A DNA stretch of 64,000 nucleotides from Methanobacteriota archaeon (GTDB lineage: Archaea; Halobacteriota; Bog-38; Methanoflorentales; Methanoflorentaceae): assembly GCA_963720465.1 (NCBI GenBank), contig OY970393.1, positions 1 through 64,000 on the forward strand. Reading direction: 5' to 3'. The position numbers and the translations under genes are program-made. The notes beneath the pieces are model-generated. The model did no database searches. It was not told the DNA's origin and saw nothing but the letters and a program-made list of their open reading frames with translations. This document shows positions 38,927-49,727 of this stretch, piece by piece (within the stretch, counting starts at the first letter, position 1; every line of letters starts with the position of its first letter).

Positions 38927-39214
38927 TTATCCATACTCCTTGAATATCCGATCGACTGCTTTTGACGTCGCTGCCTCCTCATCTGCGTAGCGCGTCCGCA
39001 GATCTAGCTCGAAAAGGCGCAGTGACAAGTCAGTCTTGACAGCCACATATTCTTTGATTAGGGCCGCGACGCTGTCACCGAGGCTACCTTGGAGTGATCC
39101 AAGCAGGGCGCCCTCTCGCTCTTTCAGCTTCTTGATCTCGGCCTCGTACTCCCGTATGAGATCGAGCAAGTCCTCTGCAACTTCCTCCTCAGCGTAGTTT
39201 CTATCTTGAATCAT
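38927..39214 (-). CDS. Helical hypothetical protein
   Basis: Acidic, coiled-coil-like 95-aa ORF with an upstream TTTAAA element. Confidence 0.6.
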   Translation of the reverse strand: MIQDRNYAEEEVAEDLLDLIREYEAEIKKLKEREGALLGSLQGSLGDSVAALIKEYVAVKTDLSLRLFELDLRTRYADEEAATSKAVDRIFKEYG

Positions 39215-39511
39215 AGTCTGACGTATAAATTGATTGATTTAAATCCTTTGGGGGATGCGTTGCCGTTCGTTCGACCACACTGCACGTGAGGGACTAGTAG
39301 TCTTCTGCCTGCAGCGGCGTCGCCGCGAGGTGCGAACAACGGATGCCAGTTCCTTGAGACACGGTTTTGTCGTTTCTGCCTCACACGAATCGCGAATTGC
39401 GTAAAATCATATATAAATAGCATCGTCGATGAAGCAATCATGCGTGGAGCCCGATTTCATCGGCAGGACTGCAGGAAACCGAAGCCCATCAGGCCTAGCT
39501 AGGAGATTGTT

Positions 39512-40558
39512 ATGCGCCTTTTGAAGAAATCTCTCGTGAAGCTTGAGGGTGAAATCACTCTTCTTCCCGAGTCAATCGATGATCTGTGGCATTTGAGGCA
39601 CCTCGTTGAGAAGGGTGACCTCGTCTTTGCGCTCACCTTTCGAAAAGTTGAAAGCGCGAGCGACAAGTTGCGGCCGGAGAAGACGGAGCGAAAACCCATG
39701 CGTCTTGGCGTGCGCGTCGATTCGGTCGAGTTTCATCGGTTTGCCAACCGTCTCCGCATTAGCGGGATCATCGAGTCCGGCCAAGACGTGGGTTCACATC
39801 ACACGCTAAGTATCGAACCGCTGCGAGACCTTTCGATAATCAAGCGGTGGCGACGAGACCAGATAGATCGCATCACAAAAGCGATACAGGAATCAAATCG
39901 CCCTGAAATCGCCATCGTTACGATTGAGTCAGGACAAGCGCATATTGGCGTGCTGCGGCAGTATGGCATTGAGGAGGTAGCAAGCATATCGCAAAGTGCC
40001 GGTAAGCTGGACGAAAGCTCACAACCGGAGTTCTTTGTGCAGATATACAATCAGTTGCTCAATACAGATGCTGATGACTACATTGTCGCTGGCCCAGGGT
40101 TTATTAAAGACGATTTTGTTCGGTTCGCGATACAGAAGGACAATAGTTTTCCAGATCGGCTCATCGTCGAAAACACAACGTCAGTTGGTATTTCTGGCTT
40201 TCAAGAGGTGCTGCGGCGCGGCGCCGTAGACAGGCTCATCACGGATGCCCACTTGGTGCGTGAGGCGCGCCTGATCGACGCTCTGCTTCGGGAGATCGCC
40301 GTCAACGGTAAAGCAGCATACGGAATGGCCGAGGTCGCGAAAGCGCATGAATGGGGCGCCATCGACACGCTACTCATAAGCGACGAGACCTTACGAGGCG
40401 AACGGGAAAAGGGAACGGCCATCGATGACCTCCTGACGGCAGTTAGTAATTCGAATGGCCACGTGGTCGTTTTTAGCACCGAGTTCGAGCCGGGAAAGCG
40501 CTTAGAGAAACTAGGGGGCATCGCCGCGCTATTGCGGTTCAAATTGCAGGACGGATAA
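39512..40558 (+). CDS. pelA: mRNA surveillance protein pelota
   Basis: PESIDDLWHL, GSHHTL, AGPGFIK and LGGIAALLRF motifs. Confidence 0.97.
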   Translation: MRLLKKSLVKLEGEITLLPESIDDLWHLRHLVEKGDLVFALTFRKVESASDKLRPEKTERKPMRLGVRVDSVEFHRFANRLRISGIIESGQDVGSHHTLSIEPLRDLSIIKRWRRDQIDRITKAIQESNRPEIAIVTIESGQAHIGVLRQYGIEEVASISQSAGKLDESSQPEFFVQIYNQLLNTDADDYIVAGPGFIKDDFVRFAIQKDNSFPDRLIVENTTSVGISGFQEVLRRGAVDRLITDAHLVREARLIDALLREIAVNGKAAYGMAEVAKAHEWGAIDTLLISDETLRGEREKGTAIDDLLTAVSNSNGHVVVFSTEFEPGKRLEKLGGIAALLRFKLQDG

Positions 40559-40606
40559 CGCGTGTCGACGACCCACGCACATATCGTGCAGGCCTTTCCG
40601 GCTGAC

Positions 40607-41191
40607 TCAATACTCTTCGCATTTTAGCTGGTAATAGGCCCGGTCGTGGTCGCAAGCGGGACACTTTTCGGGAGGTTCTTGACCAACGTGCACGTAGCCG
40701 CATTCTCGGCACACCCACTCTACCTTCCGATCCTTCTTGAAGAAGGTGCCTGCTTCCACTTGTGCAAGCATTTTCTTGTTTCTCTCTTCGTGGTGAGCTT
40801 CGGCTACGCCGATTGCCCGTAGCCTTTTAGCGATTTCAGGTAATCCTTCGCTGTCGGCTACATCAGCGAATTCGGGATACATCGTGGTTGTTTCGTAGTG
40901 CTCACCTGCTATTGTCGCTCTGAGATTCGCTGCTGTGTCGCCCAGCGCTGTGTCGACGGTAGCCTCTATGTGTATTTCGTCAGCGTTTCCTGCAGCGCCC
41001 GCTTTGAGGGCGTTGATCAGCTTGAGATTCCAGCTCGCGTGCTCGCGTTCATTGTCTGCTGTCGTGAGTAACGCGTCGGCAATCTGTTCATAGCCCTCCT
41101 TCTTCGCGATCTTGGCGAATGACGTGTACCGATTTCGCGCCATGCTTTCGCCAGCGAAGGCTTTTGCAAGATTTTCCAATGTTCTTTGCAT
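40607..41191 (-). CDS. rbr: Rubrerythrin
   Basis: AFAGESMARNRY, EREHA and EAHHE motifs; C-terminal CRECG/CPAC. Confidence 0.96.
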   Translation of the reverse strand: MQRTLENLAKAFAGESMARNRYTSFAKIAKKEGYEQIADALLTTADNEREHASWNLKLINALKAGAAGNADEIHIEATVDTALGDTAANLRATIAGEHYETTTMYPEFADVADSEGLPEIAKRLRAIGVAEAHHEERNKKMLAQVEAGTFFKKDRKVEWVCRECGYVHVGQEPPEKCPACDHDRAYYQLKCEEY

Positions 41192-41493
41192 TGTTTTACC
41201 TCAGTGCTCTCAATACCAGCAACGCTTATATAAACAAGGCTGCAGCGACGACCGCAGCTCCTTTCTTCTGACAGAGCGCGGCTTGCAACGGCAGCTAATG
41301 TCACGACCATCATTATAGCAAGAGCCCTATAACCCAGAAAGCAGGCGTGCAAACCGCTGTATAGCGTGACCGCGCGATCGCGTCATTGATCGGCTCTGGT
41401 TCGCGCTTCCATTTTTGAGCTCGGCGGGGTCACGTCGGCGATTAGTAAAAAAAATCGAAGCTGCAAAGGCCCCCCTTTTCGTCGGTGCGTAGG

Positions 41494-42066
41494 CTACTCC
41501 GAAAAGTCTACAGTGATTATTCCCGTCTTTAACTGGTGAGCTTCGCTTTCAGAGAGCGCTCTATGCTGGGCTCGCGGCGAAATAATAGCGCTGTTACCAA
41601 ACGGGTCATCTATAACAAGGGTCATCATTCCTTCGCCCCGTCGCACGGCATCGATCCTCTCAAGCAGTTGGTTCCCCAGCTCGAACTTTGTGGGATCGTC
41701 CGACGACCACTTGGTGGCCATTCGGATGACCTCTTGTACTCTGCAGAGCACACCTTCCACGTTGGAAATAAAAGCCTCTGATGCGGAGCCTGGTTCGATA
41801 GTCACGCCTAGTTCAGGAATCTGCACGGTGCCGGATGACGACCTGATCACGCGAGTCGCAAAGTCATCGCTGTCAAATTCCAATTGATAGCGTGCGGCTT
41901 CGCGTTCGCGAAGCGATATTGTGTCTGCGTACTTGAAACCACACCCGCAGCTCGCACTTACGAGCATTATTTCGCCGAAAAAGGGTATCTCGTCGGTATT
42001 GAACCTGAAGGCGAGCTCGTGTGCGCATAGAGGGCACGTGCTCACGATCGATGTCTGCTGTGTCAT
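41494..42066 (-). CDS. ZPR1 zinc-finger protein
   Basis: CPLC, IPFFGE, SNVEGVL and DDPFGNS motifs. Confidence 0.93.
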   Translation of the reverse strand: MTQQTSIVSTCPLCAHELAFRFNTDEIPFFGEIMLVSASCGCGFKYADTISLREREAARYQLEFDSDDFATRVIRSSSGTVQIPELGVTIEPGSASEAFISNVEGVLCRVQEVIRMATKWSSDDPTKFELGNQLLERIDAVRRGEGMMTLVIDDPFGNSAIISPRAQHRALSESEAHQLKTGIITVDFSE

Positions 42067-42102
42067 ACTTAAAAATGGTGGCGTGACGCGGGCTTGTCGA
42101 AA

Positions 42103-42483
42103 CTAATAGGAGCCGGCCCCGAGCTTCTTGCGGTCGATCTTGATCGACATCGGGGTCACAACAATTTGGTCATCTCCAAGCCCTGCGATATCGCCGTGAA
42201 TATCCGTTGCTACTTGTCTCAGTTCCTTGACGATTCGGTCGAGGGTGACGCGATCTTGCTTCACGTGGGAGATGTCAATGATGACGATGTTGCCTTTATA
42301 AACCTCATCTTTTAGTTGCGTGAGATTGCTCACGTTGATTAACTCTGCGACCTTGACATACGTGCCTGCAGGTTCCTCCTCAAACACCTCTTCGTACTCT
42401 CCAAGGTCCAGCTCCAGGTATTCATCTGGTTCTGCATGAGGGCGACTCCCAAAAATTCTATCGATCAGACTTTTTTGCGCCAT
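42103..42483 (-). CDS. sepF: Cell division protein SepF (archaeal)
   Basis: GNIVIIDI and GDIAGLGDDQIVVTP motifs. Confidence 0.92.
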   Translation of the reverse strand: MAQKSLIDRIFGSRPHAEPDEYLELDLGEYEEVFEEEPAGTYVKVAELINVSNLTQLKDEVYKGNIVIIDISHVKQDRVTLDRIVKELRQVATDIHGDIAGLGDDQIVVTPMSIKIDRKKLGAGSY

Positions 42484-42665
42484 TTGGAACTTTCACCTAC
42501 AATCGACTTCTTACCATGTTACTAGATTTGCATCTTATAGTTTTTGTGCTTCGCTCGTTAGAAGTCTCGTGCAGATACATAGCGCTACTACCATTGATAT
42601 AGTTACCTCGGCCCTCAGGGGCAGCGGGAAGCACTATCTGCTCGTTTGAATTGCAAGGACCCGAG

Positions 42666-43142
42666 CTAAGGCGACACATACCAGATCTTGTCGCCCACGT
42701 AGTGCACGATGCGCACCGCCTTCCCTTTCCTCGCGCGAACCATTTCGACGCCAGGGATGAGCGCCGTTCCGATGCCGAGCGGCTTTTTGTGTCTTTCATC
42801 GACCACGACGACCAGATCGTCAGGCTCTATGTTCTCATCGGCATCTACGATACCGGGACTCATAACGTCCGCGCCGTTTCTGATGAATCGCACCGCGCCC
42901 ATATCAACGGTGACGAGGTTTTTTCGGGGCTTGAGTTCCGCGGCGCCGCGTACCGTAAAAAAGGGCGTGTTGTTAATGCATAGCGCCACGGGCACCCCGT
43001 TCAAAAGAATGAGAGTGCGCTCCGGTGTCGCGAGTACTTCGAGCCGCCCCTCTAACGTGCTCGTGGTGTCGTACGCGCTGAGCGCGGCCACTATGCTCCG
43101 GGCCGCGTCTGCCTTCATGAAATGTCGTTGCTTGCCAGCCAC
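42666..43142 (-). CDS. PUA-domain RNA-binding protein
   Basis: VDMGAVRFIRNGADVMSPGI motif. Confidence 0.92.
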   Translation of the reverse strand: MAGKQRHFMKADAARSIVAALSAYDTTSTLEGRLEVLATPERTLILLNGVPVALCINNTPFFTVRGAAELKPRKNLVTVDMGAVRFIRNGADVMSPGIVDADENIEPDDLVVVVDERHKKPLGIGTALIPGVEMVRARKGKAVRIVHYVGDKIWYVSP

Positions 43143-43180
43143 GCATGCAGACGTTAAAAGGCGCTTAAAGATAAACTTAA

Positions 43181-43438
<258 letters not shown>

Positions 43439-43460
43439 GGACGCTCTACGAGGCAACTGA

Positions 43461-43625
43461 ATGACAAAGGGAACTCCTTCGATGGGCAAGCGGCAGAAAC
43501 GCTCGCACGTGATGTGCAGGCGTTGCGGCTCTGTCTCCTATAATTTCCGCAAAAAAACGTGTGTTCACTGCGGATTTGGTCGCTCTAAGAGGCTTCGGAA
43601 GTATAGCTTCCTCAATAAGTACTGA
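43461..43625 (+). CDS. rpl37e: 50S ribosomal protein L37e (not in ORF track)
   Basis: Manual translation [23 protein letters not shown]...[11 protein letters not shown]; conserved LSm-rpl37e gene order. Confidence 0.97.
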   Translation: MTKGTPSMGKRQKRSHVMCRRCGSVSYNFRKKTCVHCGFGRSKRLRKYSFLNKY

Positions 43626-43649
43626 TTTTATCCTTGAAAAGGGACAGGG

Positions 43650-45092
43650 ATGAAAGACAAGTGTGGCGTGTTTGGAATCGCCTTGGATTCCAAAAATGCC
43701 GCATTACCTATCTACTACGGGCTTTACGCGCTGCAGCACCGCGGCCAAGAATCGGCCGGTATCGCCACGCACGACTCGGCAATCCACATTGAGCGCGGCA
43801 TGGGTCTCGTACACGAGATATTCGACGAACATCGACTCGGGCATCTCAAGGGAACTCGAGGGATCGGTCACGTGCGGTACTCCACCACGGGCCTCAGTAG
43901 AGTAGAAAATTGCCAGCCTGCCCTCGTAAACTATCGAGGAGGCACCATTGCCATCGCGCACAATGGTGACATCGTGAACTCTTTTGATATTAGGCAGGCG
44001 CTTGAGGCCGAAGGTCGTATTTTTGTGTCAGATTCAGACACTGAGGTCATCGCCCACCTGCTTGTGAAGGAACTCATGCGCTACGACACGATCACTGCCG
44101 TTCAAGAGCTGATGAATAAGCTGCGTGGGTCCTATTCGCTTACGCTGCTCGTCAACGATACCGTCATAGGCGTCCGCGACCCCTTCGGCATAAAACCGCT
44201 CTGCATAGGCAGGTTCGACGATGGCTACGTCTTGTCGAGCGAGAGCGCTGCCATCGACACGCTTGGAGGGGAGCTTCTTAGAGACGTCCGCCCGGGAGAG
44301 ATTGTCGTCCTTCATCCAGACGGGTTCGTGAGCCAAAGGGTTTCAAAAAAGGCCGTGACGGCGCACTGTATGTTCGAGTATGTCTACTTCGCCCGCCCGG
44401 ATTCGATACTGGACGGATCTTTGATCTACGAGGTGCGGCGCAAAATTGGTCAAACGCTCGCAGAGGGCGACGTTGAGGCAGATATCATCATTCCAGTTCC
44501 TGATTCGGGAATCGCCTTTGCTATTGGCTATGCCGAAAAATCTAAACTGCCTTACACCGAGGGTTTGATAAAGAACCGCTACGTGGGCAGGACCTTCATC
44601 ATGCCCGGCCAGGATCTGCGCGAAACCGCCGTGCGACTGAAGCTTAACGTGATCAAGAAGCACATCGCGGGCAAGCGGGTTGTGATGATCGATGACTCAA
44701 TTGTGCGCGGAACGACGTCGCGGAAGATCGTCGACATGCTTCGGGCAGCTGGGGCAGAGGAAGTGCACATGCGCATAGGAACGCCGCCAATCGTCTCTCC
44801 GTGTTATCTGGGGATCGACATGCCAACGTACGGGGAGCTCATTGCCGCCCGTAAAAGTGTGGACGGCGTAAAACTGATGATTGGCGTTGATTCACTCAAG
44901 TATATCACTCTTGCCGGCCTCATCGACTCTATTGGCCTTCCCCGTGAGAAGCTCTGTCTGGGCTGTCTGACCGGCATGTACCCGATCGAGAGACCTCTTG
45001 AACGGGCGATGCAGCTGAAACTCGATGCGTTCGCCGACAGCGCGAAGAAGAAAGGTGACCGCGTTCCTGCTTCTCCGCTACCATCTCCTTAG
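43650..45092 (+). CDS. purF: Amidophosphoribosyltransferase
   Basis: CGVFG, LQHRGQES and DDSIVRGTT motifs. Confidence 0.98.
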   Translation: MKDKCGVFGIALDSKNAALPIYYGLYALQHRGQESAGIATHDSAIHIERGMGLVHEIFDEHRLGHLKGTRGIGHVRYSTTGLSRVENCQPALVNYRGGTIAIAHNGDIVNSFDIRQALEAEGRIFVSDSDTEVIAHLLVKELMRYDTITAVQELMNKLRGSYSLTLLVNDTVIGVRDPFGIKPLCIGRFDDGYVLSSESAAIDTLGGELLRDVRPGEIVVLHPDGFVSQRVSKKAVTAHCMFEYVYFARPDSILDGSLIYEVRRKIGQTLAEGDVEADIIIPVPDSGIAFAIGYAEKSKLPYTEGLIKNRYVGRTFIMPGQDLRETAVRLKLNVIKKHIAGKRVVMIDDSIVRGTTSRKIVDMLRAAGAEEVHMRIGTPPIVSPCYLGIDMPTYGELIAARKSVDGVKLMIGVDSLKYITLAGLIDSIGLPREKLCLGCLTGMYPIERPLERAMQLKLDAFADSAKKKGDRVPASPLPSP

Positions 45093-45148
45093 GCGCTGAC
45101 CTAGGGTGAGGGCAGCTTGAGCACGCTGGCGTGTGTTTTCAGCGTGTT

Positions 45149-46117
45149 TCAGCCGCGTGAGAACTCGTCTAAAGCGTACTCACTCAGATCTCGCTTCCCG
45201 AGTACCATCTCAAACTCGATTGGCGTCAGCATCGGGGCTTTAAAAAGGCTTGCATCATCTATAGCGATGCGCGGGCAGGCGGTGTTGACGTACGCTTCCG
45301 CGGGAAACTGGTAAAGCGTCCAAGGAGTTAGTTCGTTTATCGTTACCGTGTACGCGTCGTAACCGCGCTCTACGGCCTGTTCGACGAGTTCGAAGGCAAG
45401 GTCGAGCCGCCGTTGTCCCGTTTTTGTGCCAGCGAGAATGCAAAATGTACGTGCGTCGAGTGCCTTCGCAATGAGAGCATAACGCTGCTTGACAATGAGG
45501 TCAGCATCAGGAATGGAGGTTCTGTGCAGAAACGGATCAGCGGCGATGACCCGCTTGCCAGTTGCCAGCGCCACGCCGAGAGCGTGAAAGGCGCCGCCTC
45601 CGATGTAAAGATACTCGTCAACGTCGGCGGCGCGTGCAGATGAAAAATTGCAGCCCAAGACCTGGCCGGGGTATCTGATTCTCCCGTCACCGGATCCGAT
45701 GGAACACTGTAGCCCAGCCGATTCGAGACAACGGCGGACGGAGCCCAACGTATGGACGTGTTGGACGTTCGTCACGATGCCCACCCGGGGGCCTTTAATA
45801 AGTCCGAGCGCCTCATTTACGACTGGAATGACGTCGACGTCGCTACGCACCTCGACGAAATGCACCTTTTGAACTGCGAGCTCAGGGATCTCCGCGTGAC
45901 CGAAATGAACTAGCAGGTCCGCTTCTCCGTCACAGTCAAGATCGCACGCCCCGTAGCATGGGTTGCCTGAGAGTAACACGGTCACGTCGATCTGTTGCTT
46001 GATGCGCTTCGCTACGTGAGGCCCGTAACGCTTCAGCCCTTCAGGAAATTGAAGCTGTATGACGCGGGCTTTTCCCTCCTCTACGAGTTCAGCTATTCGC
46101 TCAATTTCAAAGTCCAT
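45149..46117 (-). CDS. dph2: Diphthamide biosynthesis enzyme
   Basis: LQFPEGL, CYGACD, QVLGC and TACPR motifs. Confidence 0.95.
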   Translation of the reverse strand: MDFEIERIAELVEEGKARVIQLQFPEGLKRYGPHVAKRIKQQIDVTVLLSGNPCYGACDLDCDGEADLLVHFGHAEIPELAVQKVHFVEVRSDVDVIPVVNEALGLIKGPRVGIVTNVQHVHTLGSVRRCLESAGLQCSIGSGDGRIRYPGQVLGCNFSSARAADVDEYLYIGGGAFHALGVALATGKRVIAADPFLHRTSIPDADLIVKQRYALIAKALDARTFCILAGTKTGQRRLDLAFELVEQAVERGYDAYTVTINELTPWTLYQFPAEAYVNTACPRIAIDDASLFKAPMLTPIEFEMVLGKRDLSEYALDEFSRG

Positions 46118-46172
46118 TTCTACGCTTCGTCGGTCAAACGCGTTCTCGGCACTGGCGTGGGAGCAAATGTGA

Positions 46173-47258
46173 TTACCGGTCACCTTTCACGATTTCCCTT
46201 AAGTCGTCGACAAACTGTAGGATCGTCGCTTCGTCGATATGGGGCATAATGACAAGTCGCAATGCGCCGCCCATTACCGACACGCGCCAGCCGCGCGCCG
46301 TGAGTCGTAGTACGACACGCTGTAGGTTAGGCAACTTAAATGCGACGATGTTCATCACAGGCGTCACTATGGGATAGATCCCAAATTCCGCAGCTCTTTC
46401 AGCACACAGGTTGGTCAGCCGCATGCATTCACGCACAACGTCTCTATATCCGTCGAACCCAAGATGCTCGAGCACTGCTAGCGTCGCAGCTACCGCAGCG
46501 CCGCTTCGTGTGCCCGTCATGGACCGCTCCACTGAGTAGAACGTATTCGTGCTCAGGGCGTCGAAATCAGTCGGCTTCTTGAATAGGAGCCCGCCTGACG
46601 GTATTGTGCTCATGCCCATTTTGTGCGGATCGACCGCTATTGATCGCACGCCCTCTACTCGGAAGTCAAAACGGTACTTTTTTTCAAGGAATGGGAGAAC
46701 GAAGCCCCCAAATGCGGCATCAACGTGCAGAAAGGCGTCGTTTTCACGCGCCACGCGTGCTAAGGCGGGAATCGGATCAACAACGCCGAGAGCCGTAGAA
46801 CCGGCGATGCCGACGACGCACGCGGTATTCTCATCAACGAGCTCTTCGACAGAGCCGATGTCAACGGCATAGCGCTCGTCTAGCCGTGCTTGGCGCACCT
46901 CTACTCCGGTAAAGTCTCGAGCCTTCTCAAACGACTGATGCGCAGATTCAGGAACAACAATGTTTGGTTTTCGCACCCCGCAGATCAGCTTGCTCGCCCG
47001 CACCGCCTGGATGTTCGACTCGGTGCCGCCTGAAGTGATGTACCCGACAACGTCAGCAGCGCCGAGGAAAGACCCGAGGATGGCAATGGCGCGCCGTTCG
47101 AGCGCGGCCATTTCAGGGAATAGGTTGGGATCGCCTAAGTTCGTGTGGATGTGGTCGATATGTGCCTGGACGGCGGCTGGGTGCGGGTATGTGCACATAG
47201 AGCTGAGGACTCGCTCGTAGCCTCTATTCGCCCGCCTTAGTTCCCTGGTATCGTGCAT
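46173..47258 (-). CDS. mfnA: Tyrosine/aspartate decarboxylase MfnA
   Basis: SSMCTYPH, NLGDP, HVDAAFGG and DPHKMG motifs. Confidence 0.92.
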   Translation of the reverse strand: MHDTRELRRANRGYERVLSSMCTYPHPAAVQAHIDHIHTNLGDPNLFPEMAALERRAIAILGSFLGAADVVGYITSGGTESNIQAVRASKLICGVRKPNIVVPESAHQSFEKARDFTGVEVRQARLDERYAVDIGSVEELVDENTACVVGIAGSTALGVVDPIPALARVARENDAFLHVDAAFGGFVLPFLEKKYRFDFRVEGVRSIAVDPHKMGMSTIPSGGLLFKKPTDFDALSTNTFYSVERSMTGTRSGAAVAATLAVLEHLGFDGYRDVVRECMRLTNLCAERAAEFGIYPIVTPVMNIVAFKLPNLQRVVLRLTARGWRVSVMGGALRLVIMPHIDEATILQFVDDLREIVKGDR

Positions 47259-47286
47259 TGCTTAATTATGACTGAACGAAGCTACC

Positions 47287-49578
47287 CTAGTCTTCGTTCG
47301 TCAGATCACGTGAAGCCTCAAGGATGATGCGCATCTCGGTTCGCGCTACAGCTTGCCTGACGCGTTCGACTGCATCAATGTTCGACGAAATGCTGCTAAT
47401 CCCCATACGCACCAGTTTCTCCGCCATTTTTGGATTTGAGCCTGCCTGACCGCATATTGATGTGACAACGCCCGCTTTGTTGCAGCACTGAATAACGTAG
47501 TCCATCAGCTTCAGCACTGCCGGATGCTGCTCGTTGTAGAGGGCGGCGACGTTTTCGTTGTTACGATCGACTGCGAGCGTATATTGGGTGAGATCATTCG
47601 TCCCGAACGAGACGAAATCGATTCCCTCGGCGATAAGGTCTTCAATAATGAGCGCCGATGCTGGGATCTCGATCATGATACCGACGTCCACCTGTTCAAA
47701 ATCAATGCCTATTTCTGCGATCTTCTCTTTCGCTCCTCGCACTTCGTCCTGGTGTTGAACGAGGGGCAGCATGATGCCGATGTTGGTATAGCCGTCGTCG
47801 ATAAGGTTCTTGAACGTCTGCAGCTGCATCGCAAAGACTTCAACATCACGGAGATCGCGCCGTATACCACGCCAGCCGAGCATCGGGTTCGGCTCGATCG
47901 GCTCCTCCTCGCCGCCTTCCATTTGCCGGAACTCGTCCGTAGGGGCGTCGAGCGTGCGCACCCACACGGGTCGTGGGAAGAACGCGTCGACTACTGTCCG
48001 GATGCCCTTTTCCAGCTCACTAATGAATGCTTCTTTTTCGTTATGCTCGATGTACCAGTGCGGGTGTTTGCCCATGCCGATGATCATGTGTTCGACCCGT
48101 AAGAGTCCGACCCCATCAGCTCCGGTCGCAACGGCTCGTTCTGTGGCCTGAGCAATTGAAACGTTTACCTTGACTTCAGTGGCAGTGATGGGTTTTGTCG
48201 CGCTTACGGTAACCACTCCCTCGGCGGGCGCCGCCGCTTCAGCCCGTTCGAGTCGTCCCGAGAAGACAAGCCCCCTCTCGCCGTCAACGGTGATGAGCAT
48301 GCCATCCTTCAGCTTCTTCGTGGCCTCCTTCGTTCCCACTACAGCGGGTACTCCGAGTTCCCTGGAAACGATGGCCGCGTGACTGGTCAAACCGCCTTCG
48401 TCGGTAACGATCGCCGCTGCCCTTTGCATCGCGGGAACCATGTCTGGGGAGGTCATCGCGGTAACGAGGATGTCCCCGTCCAGAACCCTGTCGAGCTCGT
48501 CCACGCTCCTAATGATCTTGACTTCGCCAGACGCTTGACCAGGAGATGCCCCGAGGCCTTCGAGCAACTTCTCTGCCGCGCCTGCTGCGCTGGTCTGTTG
48601 TGCTTCTTCTCCTTTCCTAATTGTCGTCACAGGTCTCGATTGCACGATAAACACCGCGCCCTTTTCGATCGCCCATTCGATGTCTTGAGGGCTGTCGTAA
48701 TGCTCTTCGATGAGTTCGCCTAGGTCGAGAATGGTATACAGCTCGGCGTCACTAAGGACTCTCTTGTTCTGCAGGTCTGCAGGGACGTCTTTGGTAATCG
48801 TAGCGCCCGTTTTTTGGTCCTTTACGACCATAATTGTCTTGGTGGCGACATTTACTTTGATTTGACGGGTCTTCCTATCGATCAGGTATGTGTCCGGCGA
48901 GACGGAGCCTGACACGATGGCCTCTCCGAGACCCCAGGACCCCTCGATAATCGCTTCTGGGCCACCGGTCGTCGGGTTGGACGTGAACATGACACCTGAC
49001 CTGTCCGCATTGACCATCTTCTGGACGACGGCGGATATGTTCACCGACTCGTGCTCAAAACCTTGCTTGACGCGGTAGAAAATGGCCCGAGCCCCGTACA
49101 GGGATGCCCAGCATTTTTGAACTGCGACGACCACTTCGTTGGCGCCTCGCACGTTGAGAAATGTCTCCTGTTGTCCTGCAAAGCTTGCTTCGGGCATGTC
49201 TTCGGCCGTAGCGCTCGATCGCACGGCTACCAAAGGCTCACCCCCTTCCCTCTTTGCCAGCTCGTTGTAGGCACTCACGATGTCGCTGCGCATGTGCTGC
49301 GGCATCTTCGTCTTCAGCACGAGCTTCTTGGCGCTAGCGGCAGCCGCTTCCAGTTCCTTTGCATCGTCGACGTTCACGCGGAGCGTAGCAAAAAGTTGCG
49401 ATGCGATGCCCGTTTCGTCTAAAAAGCGTCGAAACGCTTGCGCGGTGACAGCGAAACCCCGTGGCACAGGAATTTCCGCGCTTATCATCTCTCCGAGGCT
49501 TGCCCCCTTTCCGCCCACGGAAGGAACGTCTTCAATGCGGACGTCCTCAAGCCAGACGACAGTTGGTTTATCTTTCAT
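47287..49578 (-). CDS. ppsA: Phosphoenolpyruvate synthase
   Basis: VRSSATAED, GGLTSHAAIVSRE and SFGTNDLTQ motifs. Confidence 0.98.
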   Translation of the reverse strand: MKDKPTVVWLEDVRIEDVPSVGGKGASLGEMISAEIPVPRGFAVTAQAFRRFLDETGIASQLFATLRVNVDDAKELEAAAASAKKLVLKTKMPQHMRSDIVSAYNELAKREGGEPLVAVRSSATAEDMPEASFAGQQETFLNVRGANEVVVAVQKCWASLYGARAIFYRVKQGFEHESVNISAVVQKMVNADRSGVMFTSNPTTGGPEAIIEGSWGLGEAIVSGSVSPDTYLIDRKTRQIKVNVATKTIMVVKDQKTGATITKDVPADLQNKRVLSDAELYTILDLGELIEEHYDSPQDIEWAIEKGAVFIVQSRPVTTIRKGEEAQQTSAAGAAEKLLEGLGASPGQASGEVKIIRSVDELDRVLDGDILVTAMTSPDMVPAMQRAAAIVTDEGGLTSHAAIVSRELGVPAVVGTKEATKKLKDGMLITVDGERGLVFSGRLERAEAAAPAEGVVTVSATKPITATEVKVNVSIAQATERAVATGADGVGLLRVEHMIIGMGKHPHWYIEHNEKEAFISELEKGIRTVVDAFFPRPVWVRTLDAPTDEFRQMEGGEEEPIEPNPMLGWRGIRRDLRDVEVFAMQLQTFKNLIDDGYTNIGIMLPLVQHQDEVRGAKEKIAEIGIDFEQVDVGIMIEIPASALIIEDLIAEGIDFVSFGTNDLTQYTLAVDRNNENVAALYNEQHPAVLKLMDYVIQCCNKAGVVTSICGQAGSNPKMAEKLVRMGISSISSNIDAVERVRQAVARTEMRIILEASRDLTNED

Positions 49579-49727
49579 GCTCGGTATCCTTTGCAGTTTT
49601 ATTACTGCTACTTGCGGCAGTAATTACATAAGCCTTTCCGACCAAAACTAGAAATACGCTTTCGACGTGTAGGTAATGCTAATAGCGTTGACGCGCTCTG
49701 TGCGCTTCAATTTTTTGATGAGGAAGT